DNA from: Daphnia carinata
Lineage: Eukaryota
Direction: 5' to 3'
Length of the DNA: 64,000 nucleotides
Assembly: GCF_022539665.2 (NCBI RefSeq)
Contig: NC_081331.1
Location: 1,302,001 to 1,366,000 of the forward strand
Notes under the pieces: model-generated
What the model saw: the letters and a program-made list of their open reading frames with translations, nothing else
Databases searched by the model: none
What the model was told of the DNA's origin: nothing
Shown: positions 14,261 to 27,206 of the stretch, piece by piece
Numbering within the stretch: position 1 is the first letter of the stretch
Layout of the letters: every line of letters starts with the position of its first letter
Made by a program: the position numbers and the translations under genes

Positions 14261-14600
14261 CCTTTATTGACAACCTCTGTTTCACCATTGATTTAGGATT
14301 AAAGTTTATGAGCTACTTAAGTTCAAAGTAGTTGGGATAAAAAACGACTTTGATCCCGTTTTATTCAAAACGCAGCTAACCGGAGCGGAAAACTAATATT
14401 TTATTCGGGATCAGCGTTTAGTTTTGGTTATAACACAGTTTCCTTAAATTTCAAGTCAGATTTTCAAGTCTTTTTTTATAGGTATAAAACGTCAGGCTTA
14501 AAGTGAGGCATATTTCGTTTTTTTAAAACTCACATTTGACTACAGCAAACTATACTTGATTTCGATTAAAAATCAAGTGAGTATCACGAAAATGGTTTTA
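14261..14600 (+). repeat. Degenerate dispersed repeat, copy 1 (probable old transposon/MITE remnant)
   Basis: Collinear blocks are shared with 26879-27206: ttgacaacc...accatt; ttga(t/a)cccgttttatt; aaaa(c/g)taatattttattc; ta(c/t)agcaaactata..tgattt(c/t)gatt..aaaatgg. Confidence 0.7.
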
Positions 14601-17600
14601 AGAAAATAATAGTTTTCATTTCATTTATTTACGTCACAAAGATCCGCACATGTTAACGCCAATAGTGACGTTCTGTAGCTGAAAGAGTTTTTCCTATTTT
14701 AGTTGTTTAGCTTTGATGTTATGAGGAGTAACGTGTTCTACATTTTGTTTTTGTTTCTTATTTCGTTCATTTAATAGACGGACAGTATCACAAACGAACC
14801 GTGGAAATGAAAAGGACGCCGTCTCCCGACCGACATCTCGCCAAGTCGAGTCGTCACGCTCGCACGTTTCACGCAGACCTATGCTATAGACAGTAGTCGT
14901 GTATGTACATAAATGGAACTAGCACTCTACTCACATCAAATGTTACATCAAGCCGCCTTTTTACTGCTCTCCATATCCTTTCAAATGTCTCTTTTTTCAA
15001 ATGATTTATTTGAAAATATACAAGAACAGTTTGAATTCAAACTTCCCATGTTCAGAAGCGTTTCTTTCCATTTGTCGCCCCTTCTGGTGGTACATGAGAA
15101 CTGGAACATTTTCCCCCCTTATATACTAAAATCATTTTGTAGCATACAGTGAATGGATGGTGAAATGTAGTTCTTACTACCAAGGGCCAAAACATCCATT
15201 ACGAAACAAACGAAAAACCCTGCGTTTTGCCTCTACACTATATGGGTACATAAAGATATCTATTTTCTTTTCTCTTGTATTTGCCTTCTTCTATAACGCA
15301 AAAAAAAAAAAGTTCATCAATGTGAAAGAATTGTACAGAGGAGCCGGAACTCGCTTCAGCTGGCCAGAGATACCCTATACAAGCATGGTGAAACAAGCAT
15401 TGAGCAAAAGTTATATAGGCGATAAAGTTTTAGAAAAAAGAGAACAAACGAAAGTAGCCCCTCCCTTTTTGCAGTGTGTATAGTACGTGTGTTACGTCTA
15501 TATATATATATGTGTGTATATATGTGCACATGTGGTACAGTACAACAGCAACGCGTCGGGTGCGCGCCGAGGGTATTGATTGATCCCGGGGACGAAAGTT
15601 TGCTGCTGCTCTTGCGCTCGGGATGTTGGCACGGATTAAAGAGAAGGAGAACCCCACCAGCTCTTAACGCCCGTCGCCGTCTGTCTTCATGTGTATATAT
15701 GCGCCTATATCGGGCCGGGGTGAAAGAGATGTACGTTGGTTGAATAACAAAATAAGGAGCAACTCTCCACGATTGAAGCTCTGCAGTAAGATTGTCCCAT
15801 CTTTTAACTGTGATGTAAAAATATATCAAGAAAAATTTCTTTGCAATTTTTTTTCTTTTTCTTTGGTGAAAATGGAAAGGCAATTCTTTTTCGGAAGTTA
15901 AAAGCGCTATATATACAACTTAACAAGTCTCCCAAGTGCAGAACATTCGGACAAAGAAATGTAGAGGTCATATCTCTAACATTTAGAGTGGAGTTTGATA
16001 AATGATGGGATCGTACAATAATATCGCGTAAAAGAAAGAAAAAGGAATCAAATGTTTGTTTACCAACACACACGCCAACTCTGGCCGTTTGTCATACTGT
16101 GCGATTTTGTTTGCTTCTGATATACGAAATGGAAACGGTCTGAGGAAATTATTGCCTGACGTAGACTAATTATTATGATCCTGCATTTTAGCTTGTTTGT
16201 ACATGTGGGTCCACATTTTAAACGCATCAATTTGACACTCGCTTGATAAAGAACAAAATAGGGAGAATGAAATTAACATTTTCTTTGGCCTGCCAATGTG
16301 GACCAATCTAATGCCGAATGCATTTGCAATACGAATGAGAACCAGTAGCTTGCTGAATAATTAAACACATCGCAGGGTACATATGCAGATGATTTGCTCG
16401 TATATATATAAAAAAATAACATAGAAAATGAAAAGAAGAGTGTCGTCATTATGTATATAACCTGCTGTATCATCATTTTCATAGCCATCATTTGACGTAC
16501 AAGAACACAGCTGCAATTTGGCACAAAATGAAGAAACATTGAAACACGGAAGAGAGTGTCAACCAAGTATTCTTTTTATGTTTTGTTTGTTTGTAATGCA
16601 CACTGCTGTTTTCAAAGGAGGTGGGTCATCTTCTGCGGGAAAAAATACTTGTTAAAAATGAGTATGCTACAATGCCAGTTCTTGTCCACCATACATAATG
16701 TAAGTATTTTTTTCTTCGACATCTAAAATAAAGATTTCAAAACTTTGTCGAGCAGTAGCAAGCATACATGTCACACAGTTTTTGAAGTCTTATTTCTTAC
16801 TGCATGTCAGCATTAAAGTTGGGCGGGCAAAGAAAAAAGGAGGAAAAAAAATTATCCGACAAGATCACATCAATGCGTCATGAACACCATCATCATTGAA
16901 CGTCCAAACAGGGAGCGTGGGAGCTTAAGGATCTCTTCATGTCGAAAGACACAGCAAACATTGATCCATCTACAAATGTCTCGTATATAATCGGATTGTT
17001 TTTCGCTGTCTTTTTCTCTTTCAGAATAATAACTTCCTTGCGTGGCATGGTGTGTTTATTTAACACACACAAGTAAAGACAGAGTGACGGCGATGAACAG
17101 TCGATACGAATGTGAATACAAACCGAAGCACCTAATAATCTACCAACTAAAAACATGAGTGGGACGAGAAAGTATGAGTCAAAACAGAAAGGGATGGGGG
17201 GGGGGGGATAAATACGCAAGTGAAATAAAAAGCCATCACCAACACGGCAGAGAGTTGCAAACATTTCTTTGAAACTTGATGTACTGTATACATGAACGAG
17301 TGTGTGTTTAAATACCCAAATACAAGGAAGAGGAACAGTGGTACGGAAGAGAACAGAGACATGGTAAGGGCTTTATTTCGAGTGCTTTTGTTTCCTCCAA
17401 TGTTATTGTTTTTCGTTATATTCTGTACACGTGGAAAACAAAACGCCACGAGGAGAGAAAGGACAGATAAACGAGTGGGGAATCATTGGCAGCCAGACAA
17501 AAAAAACGGGTTTTGAAAAAAAAAAAAGAAGTCGATGGGTTTTTGAATATGACAACGCAAATTACGCACACGCATGACGGTGGGGGGATGAGAAGACTAG

Positions 17601-17762
17601 TTATATCATGTATTAATATACCAAAGAAAGGGATGATGGGATTTGACTATGTAAAATGCAACAACATGGAAAAAGATGACGTACTGTTTGGGGTAAGAGT
17701 GGGATCTCTCGCTCGTTTGCTCGTTGACTTTTTGGGGTTAACCGTTCGTACTAATTGCGAAC

Positions 17763-20700
17763 TTAGCCGGTCTCCCACCGATACATCTGTACGACCTTAT
17801 CCTGGTCGACGTATTCGAAGATGTGAGGGGCGTTGATGAGGATGCCAATGGTGCCGGCCGTCGTCACGGCGAAGAACACGTACAACTGCAGACGATCGAT
17901 GACCATGGCCACGTACTTCCAGTCTTCGCGAATCTGTCAAATATCAAAAATTAACTTAAAAAATTAAGAAAAAAAAGGACAGAAACGAATGCTATACTGA
18001 CCTGCGTGTATTCGTCTTCGTTTCTCAGATGCTCGGCGATAAACTCGACAGCTTCGGTGGCTTTATATGCCTCCGGAGTGAGTAGGAGCGTTTCGGGCGG
18101 TTCGAGCACTTCGCGGCTGCCGATTGCAGCCGACCGTTCGTTCAGATTCATGAGTTCCTCGTTGGACGAGGTGGCGTGCAGTCGTTCGCAGCAATGCGGA
18201 TCGTGATGTTCACGCTCTCTTTCCCGCAGCTGTTCGCTGTTCTGTCGGCTCATCCGGCAGTCGGGATGATGCAAGTCGGCCAGTTCCATCACTTCCATTT
18301 TTCCTGCCGCGCCGCCGGCTGAAGGGTAAGGAAGCAAAGGCGGAGGTGGTGGAGGCGGTGGAGGAGGTTGACCCATGCCGGAAGAAGAGGTGCTCATCCC
18401 GCCGGCCATACTCATGCTCATACCCATACTGGTCGTGCTAGCCGCAGTTGCTCCTCCGCCGAAATTGCCGTAGCTGCCGTAGCCACCGGCCGGCGGCTCC
18501 ATCATCCACCGGAGGCGCGTTTTTTTAGGTCGTTTCATCAAGAGAAGAACTGGCAAATATTTAAGGAAGACCACCCGGATCCAGTTGGGCATGCGGTGTG
18601 TCCGCGGCCCCCTGAAGTTCCAGTTGATGATGACGACGGTGACGAGGATGGAGAGCGTGTTCATGATGAAAGTGAATAGGAGATACTTGGCGATGAGCGG
18701 GAGGACGAGCGAGGTGGGCGGCAAGATCTTGGAGACGAGCAGGAGGAACACGACAAGTGAGAGGAGAATACTGATGCCTAGCGTCACCTTCTCGCCGGCC
18801 TCGGCCGGTAGGTAAAAGACAAGGACGCAAAGGAAGGAAATGAGGACGGTCGGCAGGATCAAGTTGACCGTGTAGAAGAGCGTCTTCCGCCGGATCGTGA
18901 TGGAGAACGTGATGTCCATCTGGGTCGGCTTCGTGTGGTTGTGGACGTTGCGCTTGCCCGGCACCTCGATGATGTCCCACGTACCGGATTTCCAGTAATC
19001 GGATAAGTCGACGTGATGCTTGTCCAGGTAGAAATCCAGCGACACCTGGTCGCCGTTGAACGTCCACGAACCGAATTTCAGGAGACATGTCTGCTGGTCG
19101 AACGGGAAGTACGTCACGTCGATCGTGCACGAACTCTGTGTTTCACGCCGTCATTTTATTCCGTTCGTTTACAAGGATTTGGTGAATTTCTATTGTCAAT
19201 GTTTCGTACCTGATAGATGGCGGGAGGCACCCAAAGGACTTCACCACCGGAATAAATGAGAATGTTGCATTTGTAGCGAACTTCGTAGTTGCCATCGGCG
19301 CTGAGATCGGTTTCAGAAAAAGACAAGTATAGTTTAATCAGTGCCTTGCGTGAAACGTCGAAACTTGTATCTGTTTACTTGAAACTCAAGAGCAATTTCA
19401 AAAATCAACATTGACTGTTCTGCGGGATTCTTTTTTTCTTTTCTGCTTATTTGTGTTGTCATTGTGTCAAAGTACCAAGCAAGGCACTTTACACGAATGA
19501 ATTCGACAGTATAAAAGATGCGGTAGAATGAAATATCGGATTGGAAGGACCGCAAGACGCAATGTCAACTGCGAAAGCCTTATCGTGTTTATCCACGTGG
19601 TTCGTTACTTATTCGCCCTTCTCTTTCTATTACCTACTTTTGGCTTTCTAGCCTTTTTTTCCCTTCAGTGTAGCACACCAATAAACTATTACACATCCCT
19701 TCTGTGAGAGACGTGTGGGTGGGAGAAAGCAAAAGGAAATTTATTGAAGACGCGGAAGGGAGGAGTCAGGAAGGTCAAAATCGATACTACAGCGAGGGAG
19801 AATAACGACGAGCTACGAATATTTACAGGGCAATAGCCCTACTCAGAGGAGTTATATAATATTTAAAATATACGACACATCCTTAATCTTATTGCGTTTA
19901 TACACGCATACATGCCATATTTCTTTCCCACTACGCTATGCAAGCTACCGTTCGTTACATTGCAACTGGGTGACAGAGCCATCGCAAATTCCATAACTGA
20001 TATTTATGCATTTTCATTTCTGCTTTATTCGGTTTCTTGTGCCTCAAGTGTTATCAGTTTTTCTAACGCATATTCTGAACGATGCTTGCTGTCCAAAAAA
20101 AAAAATGGAGGAACCACAATGGTACAAGAATAACCATAGGGAATGATTGCGTTTACGTTTCTGTTTATCAAAGTTCAAAGAACAGAACTGCGTGATGTTG
20201 TTTGGAAGCGAACGATCACAAGGTGATGGTAATTTTGAGGTACGAAAAGCCGAAACCATTGTTCCTCCTTTTTTTTTTCTTTTTTCTTTAGCCACCCAAA
20301 TTTAACTGTGGACTGAAAGGCAAAAGGATACCAACAGCAATGGAGAGTAAAAAAAAAAAAAAATTCAATAATTGATAGGGTTGAATAGGGTTTCCTCTTC
20401 TAGCGGAATCACGCAACAAAAAAAAGCTAATAACACAAATCAACCGACCATGAAGATACTTCCAAAAGCTCGCATTCCCACTTGTTCTCTATGGATTTTT
20501 TCATTCTATTTCGCTTGCAAGGCTTTGCCCACTTTGCGCGCCCATTTCATCGAAAAAAGGTTCCAATTCAGCCCATTACGTTTTGTCACAAGTTTCAGCT
20601 TGAAGGCGTTTCAACCATATCGTTCTTCTGTAACTGATGCGCAACTGAGTGCCAGCAATCGATTCAAAACCTATGAGGGCCCTCTTAGGAAGGAAAGTCT

Positions 20701-23700
20701 ACCAATCTTGCCTCTCACCAACAGTCGGCACTACATTCGTAATGTAATAGCCGGAGATGGCACAACAGCAAATCGGGATCCACACATCACAGAAACGAGG
20801 AAAAACAAGGGCACGGTCTTCCCACGAAAATAGAGGCTTACTTATTAAAAAGTACGATGTCGGGCTTCCATACGCGATCCGGCGGCAAGCGAAGAACGTT
20901 GATACCACCGTAATCCGCCACGTCCCACTGCAGTTGATAGTCCTGCCAAGTCTGGTTTAATGAACGGGAAAAAATGAGATAAAACGGTGTTGAACGAGTC
21001 AATCAGGTCAACACGACATCAGCCATTGATCATATTCCAATTTCGTTACGAATGATCCGTGTCGCCCGAAAGGTAACGGAAACGTAACGACCCAACTATA
21101 GAAAACGGCATTGAAAAGAGAACTTACCACTCGGAGCCAAACGTTGGATTTCATCACCTGGTTTTTTTCGTTCTGCATTCAAGGAGACAAGAAAACGTCC
21201 AAGGATTATGGTCAATCACTTATGCATATATTGATAAGTGTACTTACGACGCTGATGAGCTGCGTGAATGTGAGTCCAAATTTGACTTCGACTTTCATGC
21301 TCATGTTTTGGACAGGCCGAACCAGCTTGTTGTAGCCGCGGAAGAGGTCGCGAACCAGCCGTTCCTCGTCTTCCGAACAAGATCCTATGTGCACACGTGT
21401 TAAAAGTAAAATAGCAAAAATTCTGGTTAAAGTAAAAAGAAACTACAATAGTTTTTGTAACGACCATTTTCGGCAAGCGAAGCGATCGATCGATTTCTTT
21501 CTCAGAAATCGATGGTTTCTTTATTTTGATTGACTTGCATTCTGTGGGCTTGCTTTTTCCCGTTTATGCTAGGGAAGCTGCATGAATGTGTGTGATCTTG
21601 TGAAGGTGATGACGTACGTCAACCTTCGAGTGTATACTAACTGCATCCACTGTTTGCATGCAAATATGCGTGTATTCCGAGTTCCGGTTCGTTGGACAAC
21701 GTCCATTACTTTTGCAACAACAGACGGTTGAATGGGTTTTTTCCTTTCGATGGCCATCGCTTATGATTGATGCAGACGTATATACGACTAGCCAACGTTT
21801 CCCTCTTATTAATACATACATCGGAGCTATATAGCGAAGGGGTATGTGGGACTCGATTCGAAGAGATGAAAGTCGATTGTTTCCCTTTAATGCCCGGTGA
21901 TCCTACCAAATAGGAGGCGGAGAGATTCTGGGACTACATCATCATGTATGTATTCAATGGTCCTACGTCTTTGCTCGAAATTTTTCCCTGTCGTCCTCTT
22001 CTTGTGTCTGTTTCATTCGATCGTGACAAAAGCAAAACTTCGCCCTCCCATAAAAATATGTCAGTCCATATAGCTGACAAGCCATAACTGGTACGCAACG
22101 CGGAATACGAAATTGCAGAGAGACGTCACTCATATAATGGGACTAGGGGGTTGTGTCTACGAAGATATATGGATGTGCCATTGTTTGCAGTCTATGTGTG
22201 TGCATCTATCGATTTCAACTTTAGCTGCAAATACAAACGCTAAGTTGACCAGAACATCCAACTTGTGGTTCGGAAACGAACGTGCAACTCCATCGGCCAA
22301 AAGAGTTGACTTTCTGCCAGCGAGCAGCTGCAAGTTAGGGACGCTAAAGAACCCTTAGTGTTAACGCACGATCAACTCGCTGAATGTCTCAAGTTTCCAC
22401 TTGTACTTAGGTTTCACCTGTTTCTTAATGAGCTTATTTTTCAACGTGTGTCACATTTGGATTCTGCAAAAAAAACAAAGGCATCTCCTGTTCAGGGGAG
22501 TTGCCTTCAGATGAAGCACTACAACCTGGAGCTTTTGTTTTGGCAGAAGAAATGTCTAGAGTCGTGTAAAAAATACCAATCAAGCCTGAAAGAGAGTCGT
22601 CAAGAGAATCTTAGTCTAAAAGAATCGCGGTATTTGTTTTTCCATTCGATATTGGTTTTCTTTCATCGTTCGTTTCCTCTTCATCTCGCTCGGACCGATC
22701 GATATTTTCGGAGATCCTTCGGTTCTCTGCACTTCCAGCAGCTTCGGCAGTGGCCTTTTTTTCCTTTTTCCGGCAGGCTCTATCGCTTCGTCTGAATGGA
22801 TTCACCAAGTCTAGTTGGACTCCACTGTTTCTTTTCCTCCTTCTTGCCTGCTTTCTACATCTGCGTTGATTGTAGCCTTACTTGTGTTCCTGTTTATGTA
22901 TAGCTCGCGATCTCCCCGTGTTCTTTTAGCCTCCCCTTTTGTCGCTTTGCTTTTCCCTGAAGTTTTGTTTGTACACACGTGAGCAAGCAAATAAAAAAGG
23001 AAAATAGAAAACAAAAAAATGTATATACTACTACATGTAACGAAATAAAGATAAAAATGATAAGCAAAGAAACGACGTCAATATTTATTGAACGACTGAA
23101 AAACGCAATGGCTCTCGCATCTCATCTGTCTCGACGTTCCAATTTTTTTTTTATACTTACGATCCATCACATCCATCTGAACTGTTGGTAGGTATAGAGA
23201 GCTATATCTATAGACAATTCGGCTATGTAGACAGCGTAGCTATTTACGCTATTGATTTATTTCTTTGTTTGACGTGGCTGCAAACGTTTGCAGGATCCAC
23301 AGACGCGGAAAAGACGTGGTCGCGGTCGTCGTAGCAAAATGGGATCCAGCAGATTGCACAGTTTTTTGTTTTCAATTTATCGGATGGTCAGAGCTTAATT
23401 CGTCTTTTCATTTTTGATTAGACCAAACTGGCTTTTTTTTTTGGCCTTCACAAATTGTACCTTAATACCCTCGCTTAGTGAAAGCAATCTGTTCCAACGT
23501 AGGAAGGAAATAATTACTTTTCGCTCGTATTGAACGTTAGACCGATGAGCAAGGTATTCGACGTTTATTACGTAATAGTGTACGCCTCTTGTTAATGATG
23601 GAACGTCTCATCTCTGCTTCCATTTTTCATTTAACATGAACGAGTTAGCGTGTTATGACGGCGAGCGCACCGGCACGTAATGCTGGATATGGAATCTCGT

Positions 23701-25739
23701 CTGTTTTCGAGCACTTAAACCGTTCACAGAGAGTAAAGAGAGAAAATAAAGCAAACGGAACCGGCCGCGATGTATACGTAAAAGAGGGTCTGGTGGCACG
23801 TTTTTCTTCGTTAGCCATGAAAAGCTCTTTGCTCTCGTCTCTTCAAAGACAGAAGGAAATTTTCACATGATTGCAACCAGCTGTTTTTCTATGCTGGGGC
23901 AGCCGACATGTTCGACTTAGAAACAAACTTACCAGCAGTACTCTGTTTGACTATTTTAGCTCAGCAGCAACAACCCTGTACAATCTATTAAAATCTGAAA
24001 TCTTCATGGTTGACTGGTTAAGCGTGTTGGCGGTTCGTCAAAGAGAACGGATTGCTGAATATGAGAACAAGATCAGCACACGCGATGCTTCAATAAGTAT
24101 TTACATGTAGTTGCTATGTGACTGACCTGACAGCTAGCTCATATCGATACGAATGTCAATACTCGGGTGCTGATCACTCACTCGGAGATGACAGCCAAAA
24201 TCACAAACTCCACTGAAAGAAGTTAATGGGTTTTTTTTTTATAAAGCTGATCCACATTTTTGTTTAGAGATCTATTGATTTATGTTTCTTTTAAAAGAGA
24301 CGGTCTGCCATTCGGACTAGTGGACAGCGCATTTAGCCGGCCTTTGAAGGCGGTATATACTCTCTGCTTGAAATAACGTACAAATCAAAATCAGCGGACG
24401 TCTCCGGCAGCTGGTAGCTTTTTATTTCCAGGGCAGCGTTTTTCCCGTTCACGATCTGTATGCAGCAGCCAATAGGGTGGGCTTCCTGCCGGGCAACAAC
24501 AATCGATAGTTCCGCCTCGACTCTCCCTTTTCTCTCAGCTGTAGCAGTCGCAGAGGGGGACGATGTAGACTACCGTAGCCTAGCGACCCGTACTCTCTCT
24601 TTCCACATCTATTCCTCTCATTACATTAGTTGTACAAGGAAAACCACGGACATGAGAAATAATGGCAAGTGAACAAAGATAGAGGGCATTCAGGGAAACG
24701 TTCTAGTAATCGAAATGGATTTCATATCAGCAATCTGGAGGTAGTTAACCCCTCCCATAACACAAGGGCGAAATGCCAAATATTTCGTGTAACCGTTTCT
24801 CTGCATTCCGACTGAAATTAGATGGTTTAATTACGCGATTTCTATACTGAGGTATGCTGGCATTCGTGCTACTACAATACCCCGTTATTTGGAGCGTTAT
24901 GTAACACTGCGCCTGTCAAGGAACAATGAAGTTGAAAAACGGATGAAAAAAGAAGATGGGAAGACGTGGGGGTTAAACGTGCGAAAGCATACTATAGGGG
25001 GTTTCAAGACAACAAGGACTGAGACGATGCGGCAATGCTAGATAAGAATGAGCGTGACTTTGACGACGCCCAGCCGCAACTTTTCAGTGTCCGTTGAGAC
25101 TTCCAATTCAGCCAACAAACGAGACAGGGTGACGTCTGAAAGACTCCATCTGCCGACTTTTCGTTCCCATCGGAGTGTTGGAGAATAGATGCGACTGAAA
25201 TGTTCGACAAAAACTGTGTCTTATAGACCCAGACACTGCCTTCACGTTCAAATCTATAGACGTCAACTTTTAGGGGGTAAACTAGTCAGACAATTAACGA
25301 ACGCACTGTTCTTTCTTTTTTTCCGTAACGAGTCATCAAACTCTGTTTCGCTTTCATTTAATTTTCAGAAATGTTTTGCTTGAACACCTTCGCCTTCAAC
25401 GAGACTGTCGTTTTTTTTTTTTTGGTATGCGCAATGGGCTATGATTTTGGCTGAAAAACAATAACCTCAGTTCTATATAACATTCGTAATGAGATTCTCA
25501 TTTCCTGATTGAACGAGAAATCAATTTCGTCTGGAAAGGGATTGTTCGTTGAGCCATGAAAGATGATCCAGGGAGAGCGAAGTCGGAAGGATTTGGTTGT
25601 TGAAAGAGACGGCAATAATCAAGAATATCCTAGGTAGCATTTGGCAACACTGCAACTTACCCTGACCGGCAAAGAGGGCCATCAACGTCACGATTAACAC
25701 AGCAGCTCTGGCACCCCAAGCACTTCTCGTTGTTGCCAT
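17763..25739 (-). CDS. nAChRbeta1: Nicotinic acetylcholine receptor beta1 subunit (non-alpha), 7 coding exons, 588 aa as modelled
   Basis: Exons: 25739-25661 (signal peptide, gccgccATGG context), 21384-21248 ([18 protein letters not shown]), 21172-21128 ([15 protein letters not shown]), 20951-20842 ([10 protein letters not shown]), 19300-19210 ([18 protein letters not shown]), 19135-18002 (Cys-loop, no vicinal CC, TM1-3, [10 protein letters not shown]) and 17933-17763 ([16 protein letters not shown]4, TAA). All introns are GT-AG and phase-consistent; the total is 1767 nt. Confidence 0.96.
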
Positions 25740-26054
25740 GGCGGCATTGAAGCATCCACGGTTCAGACTGAGCAATTTCATTCTTCCGTTCGTTTCTCCT
25801 CACTTCACTTGTTTGTTTCTTTCACGTTTTCAGATTGGTTATATTCCGCTTCACTCATCAAAGGCTGTTTGTCATGGCGCACGAGATCCAGACCTACTAA
25901 ACTACACACAGGCGGTCGGATGCTGGAAAAGAACAGAGCTTGTCTTGTCCACTTAGTTGATCTTTCTTCCTGTGTGGCATTGATTAACGCCACTGACATC
26001 CGCCTTTTTCTGCCCGGCTTTTCTTCCTTAGACGTTGCAATAGCGTGACGGTCA

Positions 26055-26397
26055 ACTGAGATCTCAACTCAAACTCATACTCAAAACAACCGAACCGGGG
26101 CCACACGAACACGTTCTTTCTCAACTCTCGGCGTTCAATGATAATCAGCCTGAAACTCACTAGGAACAGCGCCGGAAGAAAACGGATGCTGCAGGGAATG
26201 GAGACGATCCAACGAGGACGCGGCGCAGCAGCTGATGCGCAACCCTCCGGTAGGGTGAGGGACGCGCATGAGCACCTCATCCCATCCTTATCTCATATAC
26301 GTCCACGATCGTGAAATATGACCTCTGCTCGCTTGTCAATTGTACGTTTCACACTACCGGTGGCTATCGATGCCCTGTTACGTCATTTTTATCGATA
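26055..26397 (-). promoter_or_regulatory. Candidate beta1 core promoter
   Basis: Arthropod Inr-like TCAGTT on the minus strand at 26060-26055, about 320 nt upstream of the ATG, and a DRE palindrome TATCGATA at 26390-26397. Motif match only. Confidence 0.3.
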
Positions 26398-26878
26398 ATA
26401 GGCGACTCTTCCAGCAGAATCGTTATTCATTCGTTCCTGTCACAGGTTATCGTCTTTATTAGCTAAAACAATGGATGTTGGCCAATCTGTTTCAAGCTTC
26501 GCTCGTTTATATTCTTAAGCATAGTATAGTGTTAAATATTTATTCACTTTGATGCAGTTGTTGGAAGCTATGGCAGACAAATATCAAAATGTGACCGAGA
26601 CAGAGAGAGAGAGTCGTGGAAACCGGAAAGAGATGAAAGGAGAGAAATGAAGTAATGTAGAAGAAATAGAGAAAGGGTAAAAATGAGAGGAAAAGGGAAG
26701 GAGAAAAGGAGAGTAAAAGCGTGAGGAGTCTGCGATCAATGCGACCGCGCCCATACATATACAGCAGCCGGTTGTGTTTGTATAGGGGAGAAAGCCAAAA
26801 GGATTTTCTATGTAGGCCTATGAAAAATGTTTAAAAGCCGGATAATAGTTTGGAAAGCTGCTACTTATTACGAAACCT

Positions 26879-27206
26879 CCTTTGACAACCCCCTTTCTCT
26901 AGTTTTACCATTCAATTTCGTTCTTTTTAGACGTATGTTGAACCCGTTTTATTAAAAAAATCTACATGATAAGAAAGAAAAGTAATATTTTATTCAGAAT
27001 CATTGAGTTAAAAAAGGTTCGGTTTTATCGAATTCCTAGTCGGAATTTTAAGGCAACTTTTTATGCAAAAAGTTGGGCTTAAGAAGTCGGGCTTAAAAAG
27101 TCTGGCTTACTTTGAGCTTCTTTTGCTTTTTGCTAATATCAAAGTATAGCAAACTATATGCATGATTTTGATTCAAAATTAGACGAGAATCTCAAAAATG
27201 GATTTC
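26879..27206 (+). repeat. Degenerate dispersed repeat, copy 2
   Basis: Same orientation and block order as 14261-14600. Contains an internal 3x ~14-nt tandem (aagtyg/tggctta) near 27070-27110. Confidence 0.7.

Noticed and set aside
18006..19259. Overlapping and antisense ORFs within the beta1 large exon (e.g. 18561-19130, 18368-18679)
   Set aside because: Shadow frames of a GC-rich coding exon.
20699..20830. Possible alternative beta1 exon 4 (DVWIP.. followed by a gtgag donor)
   Set aside because: No further similarity to loop A and no suitable acceptor.
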